Shown piece after piece: positions 1 to 8,342 of a DNA stretch of 20,000 nt. Under the pieces are notes generated by a model, which was not told where the DNA came from, searched no databases, and saw only the letters and a list, made by a program, of their open reading frames with translations. Each line of letters opens with the position of its first letter. Positions within the stretch are counted from its first letter, which is position 1. Where the stretch lies: IMG/VR virus record IMGVR_UViG_3300034196_000153. One strand, given 5' to 3'. This stretch comes from an uncultured virus (IMG/VR IMGVR_UViG_3300034196_000153). Lineage: Duplodnaviria; Heunggongvirae; Uroviricota; Caudoviricetes. A program made the position numbers and the translations under genes.

Positions 1-40
1 AGTATCATTCTTTTTCAATTTATGATAAGGGATTTAATTA

Positions 41-1114
41 ATGAAAATGAAGTTAAGATATTTTTTAGTGTTATTGTTATCACTTGTCATATCAACAAGT
101 CAAGCAAACTCTTTAACAAGTCACATACCTTTTTTTCCGTCTAAAAAAACTATTATTAAAGGTGTTCTGGTAACTGGAACTATTGGAGTGCTTGGCTACT
201 ATGTTTATTCACAATTATCTAAATTTATTGAAAATACAATAAAAAAAAATGATGAGGGAAAAATATCTGACTGGGAAACAGCTAATCTTATAGCTAAAGA
301 AATTGATAAAATACTCAATAATCCTAAAAAAACAGATCAACAAAAAAGTCAAAGTGTTGTTGAAGCTCAACAATTGTTGCTTTATTATGCCATTGCGTAC
401 TATGAACCTAATGGAAACGATATTTATGATATTGCAATTAGGACCGCAAAAAAAGCAAATATTTATACTGGTGATTTCGATTATGAGTTACAACAAGGCA
501 TTAAAATGACGACTGAAATTATGCGTAATATGATTTCATTAGCTAATGAAAAAGATATGGAAGATACTAAGTCAAAAAGAAATAAGTGTGATATTAATGA
601 TATAGCTGCTAGAACATATATTTACAATTCATTAAATCCAATTGATCCATTGTACACGGATGTTAATCGACCTATACGTGAATTTGACACTGGAGCTTAT
701 AAAAACTTAAACTTTGTAACCAAAAAATATGCAAAATTGTATAAAATAAAAGATAATTTTGATCATGATCATATTCCGTCTTTTGCTTCATTAAAAACTT
801 ATTTAGAAAATAGAGATCAATATGTAATAAATTTTGATAATAAATTAAGGAACGTTATTCAACAAAATGGCACTGTAGTTGCAATTAATCAAGCAATGCA
901 CGCTGCTGGGCGAACGTATAAGGGGCGAGCTACATCTACTATGATAAGAGATTCAAAAGATCTTAGAAAAGCAACTATAAAAGATTTTAAGATGCATTAT
1001 TATTATTACAAAAAAAATGGATCAAGTAACCCTAGTTTTGAAACTTTATTTAATAAAGCTTTTATACAAACGTATCAAAGAAATAAAATGATGTGTTTAT
1101 ATGTTAACCGATAG
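41..1114 (+). CDS. Putative secreted polymorphic toxin: Sec signal peptide, hydrophobic helix and C-terminal HNH/His-Me-finger-like nuclease domain
   Basis: N-terminus MKMKLRYFLVLLLSLVISTSQA|NS is a typical signal peptide, followed by a second hydrophobic Gly-rich segment IIKGVLVTGTIGVLGYYVY. The C-terminal GAYKNL...DHDHIPSFASL...VVAINQAMH...RTYKGR...DLRKATIKD resembles the DHIPS...H...TYGG nuclease toxin tips of Rhs/pyocin-type toxins. A small acidic gene follows immediately. Confidence 0.65.
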   Translation: MKMKLRYFLVLLLSLVISTSQANSLTSHIPFFPSKKTIIKGVLVTGTIGVLGYYVYSQLSKFIENTIKKNDEGKISDWETANLIAKEIDKILNNPKKTDQQKSQSVVEAQQLLLYYAIAYYEPNGNDIYDIAIRTAKKANIYTGDFDYELQQGIKMTTEIMRNMISLANEKDMEDTKSKRNKCDINDIAARTYIYNSLNPIDPLYTDVNRPIREFDTGAYKNLNFVTKKYAKLYKIKDNFDHDHIPSFASLKTYLENRDQYVINFDNKLRNVIQQNGTVVAINQAMHAAGRTYKGRATSTMIRDSKDLRKATIKDFKMHYYYYKKNGSSNPSFETLFNKAFIQTYQRNKMMCLYVNR

Positions 1115-1122
1115 GAGATGTT

Positions 1123-1566
1123 ATGAATATTAAGATATTAGAAAATAATGAATATAGAGAAAAATTAGAAGAGTTCTTTTATGATGTTGAATTTACAAAC
1201 ATATATCCATTTGAAGAGTATTTACTTATTAGTGAATCTTTAAAGCATAAAAAAGTGAAAAATTCGTGTGACATTATAAAAAAAAGCAATGTGTTTTGCA
1301 AAATTGCTAGTGAACATTATGCTATTTTAAAATTAAATGCAGTAGATTATATTGTTCAAATTAGTGATTATGGTGAAGTTGGCATTTGTGGTACAACTTT
1401 GTCTAATTGGATTGATTGTATTTTAAATATACATGGCGATGAAAACAACATTGAAGACTTCATGTCATTCTGTTTTGAAAAATTTAACATTCCTATTGAA
1501 TATCCTGATTATGAGGCTATGATGGAGATAGAAAGGCAATACTTGAAACCATTGATTGATTGTTAA
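1123..1566 (+). CDS. Putative cognate immunity protein, SUKH/SMI1-KNR4-like
   Basis: 147 aa and acidic. Strong RBS (AGGAG) overlaps the toxin stop codon (TAGGAGATGTTATG). The segment IVQISDYGEVGICGTTLSNWIDCIL resembles the SUKH pattern 'V...EGE...IA.SL.EFL'. Confidence 0.55.
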   Translation: MNIKILENNEYREKLEEFFYDVEFTNIYPFEEYLLISESLKHKKVKNSCDIIKKSNVFCKIASEHYAILKLNAVDYIVQISDYGEVGICGTTLSNWIDCILNIHGDENNIEDFMSFCFEKFNIPIEYPDYEAMMEIERQYLKPLIDC

Positions 1567-1585
1567 TCACTTATTCATAACCATT

Positions 1586-1614
1586 AAAGAACAACACTAT
1601 GTTGTTCTTTTTTT
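1586..1614 (+). terminator. Rho-independent terminator closing the toxin-immunity unit
   Basis: Perfect inverted repeat AAAGAACAACA-cta-TGTTGTTCTTT running into a T tract, 20 nt after the stop at 1566. Confidence 0.75.
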
Positions 1615-1724
1615 CTTCAGTTATTGTTAAAACCCATAAGATCTTATTAATTTCAAAACATTCTTGTAGACCAATCCTTAAAAATATCATAAGATATTAA
1701 AATAAACTAAAAAAGGTCTGTTTA

Positions 1725-2627
1725 ATGTACCAATTACAATCATTTGCAAAAAATGAAAAAGGCCGAGACTTCATTGTGGGTGATATACATGGTATGTATG
1801 ACTCATTAATGAAACTTCTCGAATCCGTCAACTTCGATAAAAACATTGATAGATTATTTTCTGTGGGTGATTTAATAGATCGTGGACCAAAATCAATGGA
1901 GGTTCTTTATCTTAATAACCAGAGTTGGTTTTTCGCTGTATTGGGTAATCATGAAACCATGTTGCTCACTGGTCATTTATCGTATTCCAAAGATTGGGTT
2001 ACGCATTTAAGCAAGAAAGAAAAAGAAACATGTCTGGATATTATCAAGACCTTACCGATTGCTATTGAAATAGAAACCAGTCTTGGCCCTATTGGATTGG
2101 TTCATGCCCAAGTCCCTACCCAGTTCAATGATTGGAATGAGTTCAAACACTATCTCACTGCAGCTAACCTATCCTATGAAATGAGTTCTATTAATGATTC
2201 TGGTAGTGTGATTAGAGATGCGTTGTGGGGTAGGAAGCGTATTTACAGAGAGTTGAAAAAGAATGGTACCGCATTTGCCAGAAAAGCTTACATCAAATTT
2301 ATTAAAGATGGCTTATGGAATAGAACGACCTTATACAGAATCATTACGACCAGAAAAACATTGCCTTACATTAAACATGGGCTATCATTCTCATTCCGAT
2401 ACATCATCGAAAAATTTAAACGTAAATTACACCCACAAAGTTATATCGACAATATTGCCTATACCTTTCATGGACACACCCCCGTTAAGAAACCATTACT
2501 ATTAGGTAATCAGTTCTTTATAGATACGGGAGCTGTGTATGGGATGAAGAAAAACAAACAAGGGTCTTTAACCATGATTGAAATTTGTGATGATTTAAAA
2601 GTTCACACCTTACTCATTGACCAATAA
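1725..2627 (+). CDS. Ser/Thr protein phosphatase family metallophosphoesterase (lambda NinI / PphA-like, calcineurin-like fold)
   Basis: All PPP motifs are present in order: GDIHG, GDLIDRGP, GNHE, VHA, HGHTP, IDTGAV. N-terminal N..GRDFIVGDIHG is typical of PphA/PphB and lambda phosphatase. Confidence 0.92.
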   Translation: MYQLQSFAKNEKGRDFIVGDIHGMYDSLMKLLESVNFDKNIDRLFSVGDLIDRGPKSMEVLYLNNQSWFFAVLGNHETMLLTGHLSYSKDWVTHLSKKEKETCLDIIKTLPIAIEIETSLGPIGLVHAQVPTQFNDWNEFKHYLTAANLSYEMSSINDSGSVIRDALWGRKRIYRELKKNGTAFARKAYIKFIKDGLWNRTTLYRIITTRKTLPYIKHGLSFSFRYIIEKFKRKLHPQSYIDNIAYTFHGHTPVKKPLLLGNQFFIDTGAVYGMKKNKQGSLTMIEICDDLKVHTLLIDQ

Positions 2628-2631
2628 TTAA

Positions 2632-3006
2632 TTATTGTGGTGGATATATATCTTTTAATCGTTTAAATAACACATCAAGGTTTAACGTCTTTTCTATGTA
2701 GTCTGTATAATCACCATATTTACCAACATCCGTTCCTTTTCTTTCATCCCACAAACCGGGTTTAATTAAATTTTGATATTGGTTATTATTAATAGTGGGA
2801 GCTACGAGTTCAAGGATTTCTCCAAAGATCTCACTTTCTGGATCGCCTTCATCTTCTATTTCAAATTGATCATCTGAATAATCTGCATGGCTTCCACCTA
2901 CTCCACCGATAACCCATTTATACTGGATAGGTGATTTATCAATATCGTGGATAGGCTTAATTGCAGTAATAAGAGAATTCACATCTTTAATTTTTTGAAT
3001 ATTCAT
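2632..3006 (-). CDS. Hypothetical protein, acidic, resembling a phage-type conserved hypothetical family
   Basis: 124-aa ORF with RBS (AAGGT) and its own promoter. Pattern W..GG.GG...EILE..AP.I...QY...YGDY...L.L..LF..L is recalled from large-phage hypothetical proteins but not verified. Confidence 0.7.
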   Translation of the reverse strand: MNIQKIKDVNSLITAIKPIHDIDKSPIQYKWVIGGVGGSHADYSDDQFEIEDEGDPESEIFGEILELVAPTINNNQYQNLIKPGLWDERKGTDVGKYGDYTDYIEKTLNLDVLFKRLKDIYPPQ

Positions 3007-3029
3007 TTAACATACCTTTTTGAATGACA

Positions 3030-3058
3030 ATTATACCTTATTGATGACTTGAAATCAA
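3030..3058 (-). promoter_or_regulatory. sigma70-type promoter for 2632..3006
   Basis: Minus strand TTGATT-17 nt-TATAAT, ending 23 nt upstream of the ATG. Confidence 0.6.
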
Positions 3059-3149
3059 TATTATTATAATAATTTGTCTTTTAATCACTCGCTTGAACAT
3101 TTGAAAATATCTACTACTATTAGATAATAAACAATAATAATTTACTATT

Positions 3150-3506
3150 ATGATTAAAAATATTAAGCCAATGTTAAAGACTACCTGTAAAATAATGATG
3201 ATTATTTATTCTATTCTCTTATTGTTGTCGTTATCGCTTACGGGTTTAGTCTTCTTTGATATTTTAACACCTGACAGTGTTAGTATGGGGGAACCGCTCT
3301 TTTCATTATTGTATTTAAAACTTAAGTGTACTGTTTTCTTGTTATTTTTTATTGGCGTTTTGTTTTCAATGGTAACTTCGAAAGAACGATATGTGCATAC
3401 TGGATCATTTGATTCTGGTGAGTCTCTTTTGTTATTTGTGATGATTTGCTTATGTATGTTAAGTGTCGTTATTTTTCAACCGATCCCTTATCCACTATTT
3501 CCTTAA
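3150..3506 (+). CDS. Small integral membrane protein (about 3 TM helices)
   Basis: Three long hydrophobic stretches (IMMIIYSILLLLSLSLTGLVFF; TVFLLFFIGVLFSMV; LLLFVMICLCMLSVVIF). RBS is weak and the start could be 3171. Confidence 0.6.
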   Translation: MIKNIKPMLKTTCKIMMIIYSILLLLSLSLTGLVFFDILTPDSVSMGEPLFSLLYLKLKCTVFLLFFIGVLFSMVTSKERYVHTGSFDSGESLLLFVMICLCMLSVVIFQPIPYPLFP

Positions 3507-3507
3507 A

Positions 3508-3536
3508 TTGCATTTAATCACTTTTTATGGTATAAT
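3508..3536 (+). promoter_or_regulatory. sigma70-type promoter with extended -10 for 3565..3966
   Basis: TTGCAT-17 nt-TATAAT with TG extension (TATGGTATAAT). Confidence 0.7.
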
Positions 3537-3564
3537 ATCTACCTTATCTCAGGAGAACAACCCC

Positions 3565-3966
3565 ATGTCTACAGAACGCAGTGCAGTATTGGTTATTGGT
3601 TGGCAGAAAAATGATTCCGAAAGCTTGACGGAAAAACTCTACCCAATTGCTCGTAAATTTGAGATTGAACACGACACTGATGACTTGCCTAACATTTTGA
3701 GTGAAGACTACTCACATCTTTTTACTAAGTCGATGAGTAAAGAACTGAAAGCCCTTTGCGAAGAACAGGAAATTGAAATCGTGGCGGGTGCTGATGGTGA
3801 CGAAGGTGGTTCTTGGTACTTTGGTTTTGGTATCCCTTATGTTCAAGGTAAGCCTGTTACTGACTTCTTGACGCTTGTTCATGACCTCAGCACTGTTCTG
3901 AAAAACTCAGTGGAAGGGATTGAAATCAGTGAACCAAAAGTTTACAACGTGATTAGTTGGTTCTAA
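3565..3966 (+). CDS. Hypothetical acidic protein (133 aa; start revised from 3463)
   Basis: AGGAG RBS ahead of ATG 3565 (MSTERSAVLVIGW...). The promoter lies inside the longer ORF call, so the longer start is unlikely. A terminator follows. Confidence 0.75.
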   Translation: MSTERSAVLVIGWQKNDSESLTEKLYPIARKFEIEHDTDDLPNILSEDYSHLFTKSMSKELKALCEEQEIEIVAGADGDEGGSWYFGFGIPYVQGKPVTDFLTLVHDLSTVLKNSVEGIEISEPKVYNVISWF

Positions 3967-3980
3967 TCAAATTTAAGTAT

Positions 3981-4011
3981 AAAAAAAGCTCCTTTCTAGG
4001 AGCTTTTTCTT
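3981..4011. terminator. Bidirectional rho-independent terminator between convergent genes
   Basis: AAAAAAAGCTCCT-ttct-AGGAGCTTTTT, with an A tract on the left and a T tract on the right. Confidence 0.85.
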
Positions 4012-4020
4012 TGTCACCGA

Positions 4021-5178
4021 TTAATCATCGACTTCTTCTTCATCTTCTTCATTCTCTTCATCGAGATAAGCGACCACACTAAGGAGTAACGGAACATCCG
4101 TTGCCATGCAGTCAGAGAAATAAGTGTTCACTCTAAATCCTTTGAAAGAGTCAAAGACGAGAAATTCACTTTCATCCTCAAAATTATCCATATAGTAATT
4201 AGCTGATTTAGGGTAACTAACCCCTTTCATTTCAATAGGGAAGTTATAATAACTGTATGGGTTACCCATTTCTTTCATCAGGTCGAGATACGTCTCATAA
4301 TGGTTCATTTCATAATCCAGATTACCTGAAAAAATCTGAGCACAATTCCACACTTTAATTTGAGAGTTCTCTTTATTGAACACATAAGCAAAGATAGTGT
4401 TTTGTGATTCTTGAACAATCATTAAGCGTTTTTCATTGTTCACACAATATGCATGGTTATCCAAGTCATTAAATTCTAATTGCTTAGCTTCTGTATAGCT
4501 TCCGTCTCTCAGTTTTGGAATCCACTTAACAAAGAATTTAATAAGTTCATCGTCAAAACGTTGTGTATGAATAGCAAATTTAGTAGTGACCAACAATTCA
4601 ATCGTTGCTTGTTCTTCTGGTGTGAACAACGATTTGAGTTTTACCATTACCTTTAATGTTTCATCACTCAAATAGATACTGACTGATTGGAATGTGCGGC
4701 TTGCAATAATGTTGTTATAAAATGGATCAAGACGATCAACTCGTGTAGTTACAAACTGGTTAAGGTCGCAGAGTTCACTAATCTTAGTAAGATCCTTTTT
4801 AAATATATCAATGTCTTTTGATACTTTGTTCTTCAAGATGTCTTGAATTTCAAATACAGGCTCTGTTTTGTAATGAGACAGATAGATACGGTTATCTTGA
4901 GTATTATGACGCAACTCATAACGTTCACCATCCAGAGTGAATTCAATTTTACCTTCTTTGTTTTTACCTTTTGCGTCTTGTTCAATTTTAGCAAAGATAG
5001 CAGTTTGTTCTGCGTCTGTCATTTTGCGGTATTCTTCCATTGTGCAGCCAAGGTTGAAATTAGCATTCGCTTCGAATTTATTGATAACTTGAATGAACTG
5101 TTCGGATTCTGTTGAGAAAAGCACTTCTGATAGTTTAAAGATTAAATCTTCGGTTGTTACTCGTTTTTGGGTAGACAT
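4021..5178 (-). CDS. Hypothetical protein with highly acidic C-terminal tail
   Basis: 385-aa ORF with AGGA RBS, ending DEENEEDEEEVDD. No recognised motif. Confidence 0.8.
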   Translation of the reverse strand: MSTQKRVTTEDLIFKLSEVLFSTESEQFIQVINKFEANANFNLGCTMEEYRKMTDAEQTAIFAKIEQDAKGKNKEGKIEFTLDGERYELRHNTQDNRIYLSHYKTEPVFEIQDILKNKVSKDIDIFKKDLTKISELCDLNQFVTTRVDRLDPFYNNIIASRTFQSVSIYLSDETLKVMVKLKSLFTPEEQATIELLVTTKFAIHTQRFDDELIKFFVKWIPKLRDGSYTEAKQLEFNDLDNHAYCVNNEKRLMIVQESQNTIFAYVFNKENSQIKVWNCAQIFSGNLDYEMNHYETYLDLMKEMGNPYSYYNFPIEMKGVSYPKSANYYMDNFEDESEFLVFDSFKGFRVNTYFSDCMATDVPLLLSVVAYLDEENEEDEEEVDD

Positions 5179-5225
5179 AGAGTGTGTTCCTATATTAATT
5201 TAGTGTTAAAAGTAGCTGCATTTTA

Positions 5226-6116
5226 TCATATTTTTACCATTTCAACAAGCAAAAAATATTCTTTCAATTCATTAACCGACAATGACTCTAATTCTTTTTT
5301 ACTGATCTTTAAACGATTTGATAATACATTTATAATTTGATTTGAAAATAATTTATTGAAGTATTGTCGTATATCAGTTTCATTTAACTCATAGTATTTT
5401 TCTTGATTAATATGTTGTGTGGTTAACGTTTTATCATCTGTATAGATATACATTTTATTGCTTCTTCCAACAGGCGTGACACAACTAATTTTTTTGTTGT
5501 CAAAGTAAGGTAACCTAATTTTGAAGTAAGGATGCATTGTATTGTCTGAATGCACTAAATAAATGAGATCAATATTAATGTAAGATTTCTTAAAGTGTTT
5601 ATCTTTGAAACCTTCACCTTTTTGCAGGATATTATTAAAATGAATCATAGCAACATTTTTGCTTGTAGTGCTAATATTCAATGTATGAAAATTAGCATTC
5701 AGGTGATTTTCTATATTTTCAGAATACTCTTTTTTATCAGTTATTTTTATAATTTCAGTTTTTGTGCCTTCATCAATAAACCAATCAATCACATTGATAA
5801 TTTTATTAAAATCTGGCTGATACATTGTTTCAATGATTGAACCAATATTGATGTATTCTTCTTTCATCATGTATGGAGTATTAAAAACTAACCTACCTAG
5901 ATAATTTTTATCCAGATCCTTTATTTTTTCTTGTGGCTCGAATATGACTTGGGCAGTGACATAAGAATCGGGTGATGTAGATGTATAAACATTTCTCAGA
6001 ATATAGTTGAACCTGTCTTTAATTAGAGATTCTTTCACATCAGTAAAAGTAAAATGTTTACTAAATGTTTTAAATAAGTTATTAACCGCTCTATGATTTG
6101 AAAAACTAGTAGACAT
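5226..6116 (-). CDS. Unknown-family paralog 1 of 9 (296 aa)
   Basis: Family motifs YQPDF, FNNILQKGEG, FKKSYINI, YLVHSDNTMHPYFKIRLPY, ELKEYFLLVEMVKI. AAGGA RBS. Confidence 0.88.
   Translation of the reverse strand: MSTSFSNHRAVNNLFKTFSKHFTFTDVKESLIKDRFNYILRNVYTSTSPDSYVTAQVIFEPQEKIKDLDKNYLGRLVFNTPYMMKEEYINIGSIIETMYQPDFNKIINVIDWFIDEGTKTEIIKITDKKEYSENIENHLNANFHTLNISTTSKNVAMIHFNNILQKGEGFKDKHFKKSYINIDLIYLVHSDNTMHPYFKIRLPYFDNKKISCVTPVGRSNKMYIYTDDKTLTTQHINQEKYYELNETDIRQYFNKLFSNQIINVLSNRLKISKKELESLSVNELKEYFLLVEMVKI
5233..5275. repeat. 43-bp direct repeat, copy 1 (copy 2 at 14210-14252)
   Basis: TTTACCATTTCAACAAGCA(A/C)AAAATATTCTTTCAATTCATTAA, 42/43 identical by manual alignment. It encodes the C-terminal tail of paralogs 1 and 9. 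Confidence 0.85.
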
Positions 6117-6151
6117 ATTAATATCCTTTATTGATGAGAGTGAACTGTTTA

Positions 6152-6838
6152 TTAAATTTTTTGCATTTCGTCAACGAGTTGAAAATCTTTGATGATTTTT
6201 TGAGTGCCCTTGTAATCTTTAACAACGGTTTCAAGATCTATATTGTATTTTTTGATAGTATAATCATCTTCGAAAATAAAATAGATAACTCGTTCTCTGA
6301 CATTGGTGCAGTAGTCTGGGGAATTCCACAGTCTGCTGTTTAATTTTTCAATAACCGTTATATCAGCTACATTATATTTTTTTGTGGCTGTGTTTGCAGA
6401 ACTAGTAATTTCAATATAAACATCTTCACTGCTTTTTACTTGGGTTAAATTAGCGTCATTAAAGGCACATTCAAAAATAAAAGTGAGTTCTTCAATGTCT
6501 GCAATTTCTTCATATTGACGAGCATAGTCAGCGATTGCATTGTTATCAATATCAAAATTAATATCGGTGAATTTGAATGCAATTAGCATGGTAAACGCAT
6601 ACACATAGGTTGCTTGTTCAAAACGAGATAGACCTTGTGATTGATCATAAAAAGAGTCATTGAAATAGTGACCAAATGCTGAATTTTTGAAGTTGCTTAT
6701 AAAATTCTTACACTTGACCATCTTGGTCTTATTGTCAGCAGAGATGTCCAGTGCTTTCCAATCTAACTCAGGGGTTTCTTTTTCGACCACAAAAAATCCA
6801 TTTGATGTTAACGTAGGTGATTGTGCTATGGTTGTCAT
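6152..6838 (-). CDS. Hypothetical protein (228 aa), non-homologous to the array but with a similar C-terminal tail
   Basis: ORF with GAGG RBS and its own promoter. Ends IIKDFQLVDEMQKI. Confidence 0.8.
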   Translation of the reverse strand: MTTIAQSPTLTSNGFFVVEKETPELDWKALDISADNKTKMVKCKNFISNFKNSAFGHYFNDSFYDQSQGLSRFEQATYVYAFTMLIAFKFTDINFDIDNNAIADYARQYEEIADIEELTFIFECAFNDANLTQVKSSEDVYIEITSSANTATKKYNVADITVIEKLNSRLWNSPDYCTNVRERVIYFIFEDDYTIKKYNIDLETVVKDYKGTQKIIKDFQLVDEMQKI

Positions 6839-6862
6839 GGGAAACCCTCTAATTGAAGGCCA

Positions 6863-6891
6863 ATTATATCATAATTAGCCTTTATTAACAA
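6863..6891 (-). promoter_or_regulatory. sigma70-type promoter with extended -10 for 6152..6838
   Basis: Minus strand TTGTTA-17 nt-TATAAT with TATGATATAAT. Confidence 0.6.
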
Positions 6892-6910
6892 TGGATATCA
6901 TCGCTTGCTA

Positions 6911-7330
6911 TTAAATAGCCTTTCTAAGTCTATTGTTATCAATGACTTTTTCTGGAATAGCGATAATGGCTACGTTCTTGTAAAAACTTTCATCCAAAGA
7001 GAACGCTGGAAAGTCAACATCAATGTCTGGGTTCATTTTCTTAAAGCTATCTTTAAGGAAAATAGTCTCAACCAGTGTTAAAGCACTGAATACATCGCCT
7101 GTTACGAGTAGGTGATAGTTATTCTTGTCCAACTGCTCAACATAGGCTTCAATCGCCATTTTCGTTAGCAATGATTCCGATTCTGAAAGATCTTGGCTTT
7201 TGAGTTTCTTTTTTAAGGATACCAAAACACATTCAACATCTTGAAATTCACAAAAGCTACTAAATTTAATGGTATTTTCAATTTCTAAAATGGCTTGATT
7301 TATTTTAACAAACGAATGATGCCGACTCAT
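6911..7330 (-). CDS. Hypothetical protein (139 aa)
   Basis: ORF with strong GGAGG RBS, fitting between neighbouring minus-strand genes. Confidence 0.75.
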   Translation of the reverse strand: MSRHHSFVKINQAILEIENTIKFSSFCEFQDVECVLVSLKKKLKSQDLSESESLLTKMAIEAYVEQLDKNNYHLLVTGDVFSALTLVETIFLKDSFKKMNPDIDVDFPAFSLDESFYKNVAIIAIPEKVIDNNRLRKAI

Positions 7331-7365
7331 GTAACCTCCATATTATAAATAAGTCATCTATTATA

Positions 7366-8271
7366 TCAGATTTTAATCATTTCTACCAGCACAAAATATT
7401 CTTTAAGTTCATCAATAGTGAGTTCGTTAACATCTGATTTTCTCATTTTTAATGTTTCACAAATAACATTTTTAGCTTCTGCCCTAAATTGATTTTCGAA
7501 AAAATCTGTCAATGATTGACTATCAACATCTATGCTATTCAACTTTCTCAAAAAATCATTTTTCAAGGGGACTTCACTGGCAGCAAAATACATTTTTTTA
7601 GGATTATTTATTGGAATTATACACATTATTTTATTATGTGCTGAATAGGGGAATTTTATTTTAAAATATGGCTTAATAGTTTCATCAGGCTCTACAAGAT
7701 GAATTACTTCGATATTAATATAAGACTTCTTGAAATAATTCTTTTGAGCACCCCGGCCTCGTTGAAGAATATTATTAAAGCTTACTGTTGCAATATTTTT
7801 GTCTTTGAATTTTAATTGATTGAAATAACCATCATTGTAGAAATGAGTGTTCATGTGTGGGATATATTTTTTCATTTCGACACTGTTAATCAAACCAGAC
7901 TCAATACCTTTGTTAATGAAAATATCGACAATATTGAGAGCTTTCTCAAAATCTGGTTTATATTTATCTTGAAGAAAATCAGCTATATTATTAGCTTTTT
8001 GACTAAGAACAGTTCGCAATGTCGGGCCATAAGACATAACACTTATTTCTGGGTAGTAGTGTAGTTTTTCTTGGCTGCTTTTAGTTTTATTTTCAAAATA
8101 TATTTGCATAGTCCATTGATCATTTTCTGTTGTTGCTTTATAAATTGTAGCTGCAATATCATTATCAGAAAATCTTTGTTGTTCTACATTGTGTTGATTG
8201 AATACAAATAAAGGTGAAATGGATTTCACAAAATGATTAACAGATGACTTATTGAGTAGTGTTTTAAACAT
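7366..8271 (-). CDS. Unknown-family paralog 2 of 9 (start revised from 8283)
   Basis: YYPEI, YKPDF, FNNILQRGRG, FKKSYINI, PYFKIKFPYS, ELKEYFVLVEMIKI. GGAG RBS lies just upstream of ATG 8271. Confidence 0.88.
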   Translation of the reverse strand: MFKTLLNKSSVNHFVKSISPLFVFNQHNVEQQRFSDNDIAATIYKATTENDQWTMQIYFENKTKSSQEKLHYYPEISVMSYGPTLRTVLSQKANNIADFLQDKYKPDFEKALNIVDIFINKGIESGLINSVEMKKYIPHMNTHFYNDGYFNQLKFKDKNIATVSFNNILQRGRGAQKNYFKKSYINIEVIHLVEPDETIKPYFKIKFPYSAHNKIMCIIPINNPKKMYFAASEVPLKNDFLRKLNSIDVDSQSLTDFFENQFRAEAKNVICETLKMRKSDVNELTIDELKEYFVLVEMIKI

Positions 8272-8305
8272 GAAAGACTCCACAATTATGGCTAATTAAT
8301 GTAGT

Positions 8306-8316
8306 ATTATACCATA
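8306..8316 (-). promoter_or_regulatory. Extended -10 element for paralog 2
   Basis: TATGGTATAAT on the minus strand in the short intergenic gap. Confidence 0.6.
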
Positions 8317-8342
8317 AAGGACTTGGCTAAGTCCATATTTTG

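Noticed and set aside
3150..3506. Holin call for the 3-TM protein
   Set aside because: No adjacent endolysin or spanin and no charged C-terminal tail, so only 'membrane protein' is supportable.
3463..3564. N-terminal extension of the 3463..3966 ORF
   Set aside because: It overlaps the upstream gene and contains the promoter and RBS for ATG 3565.
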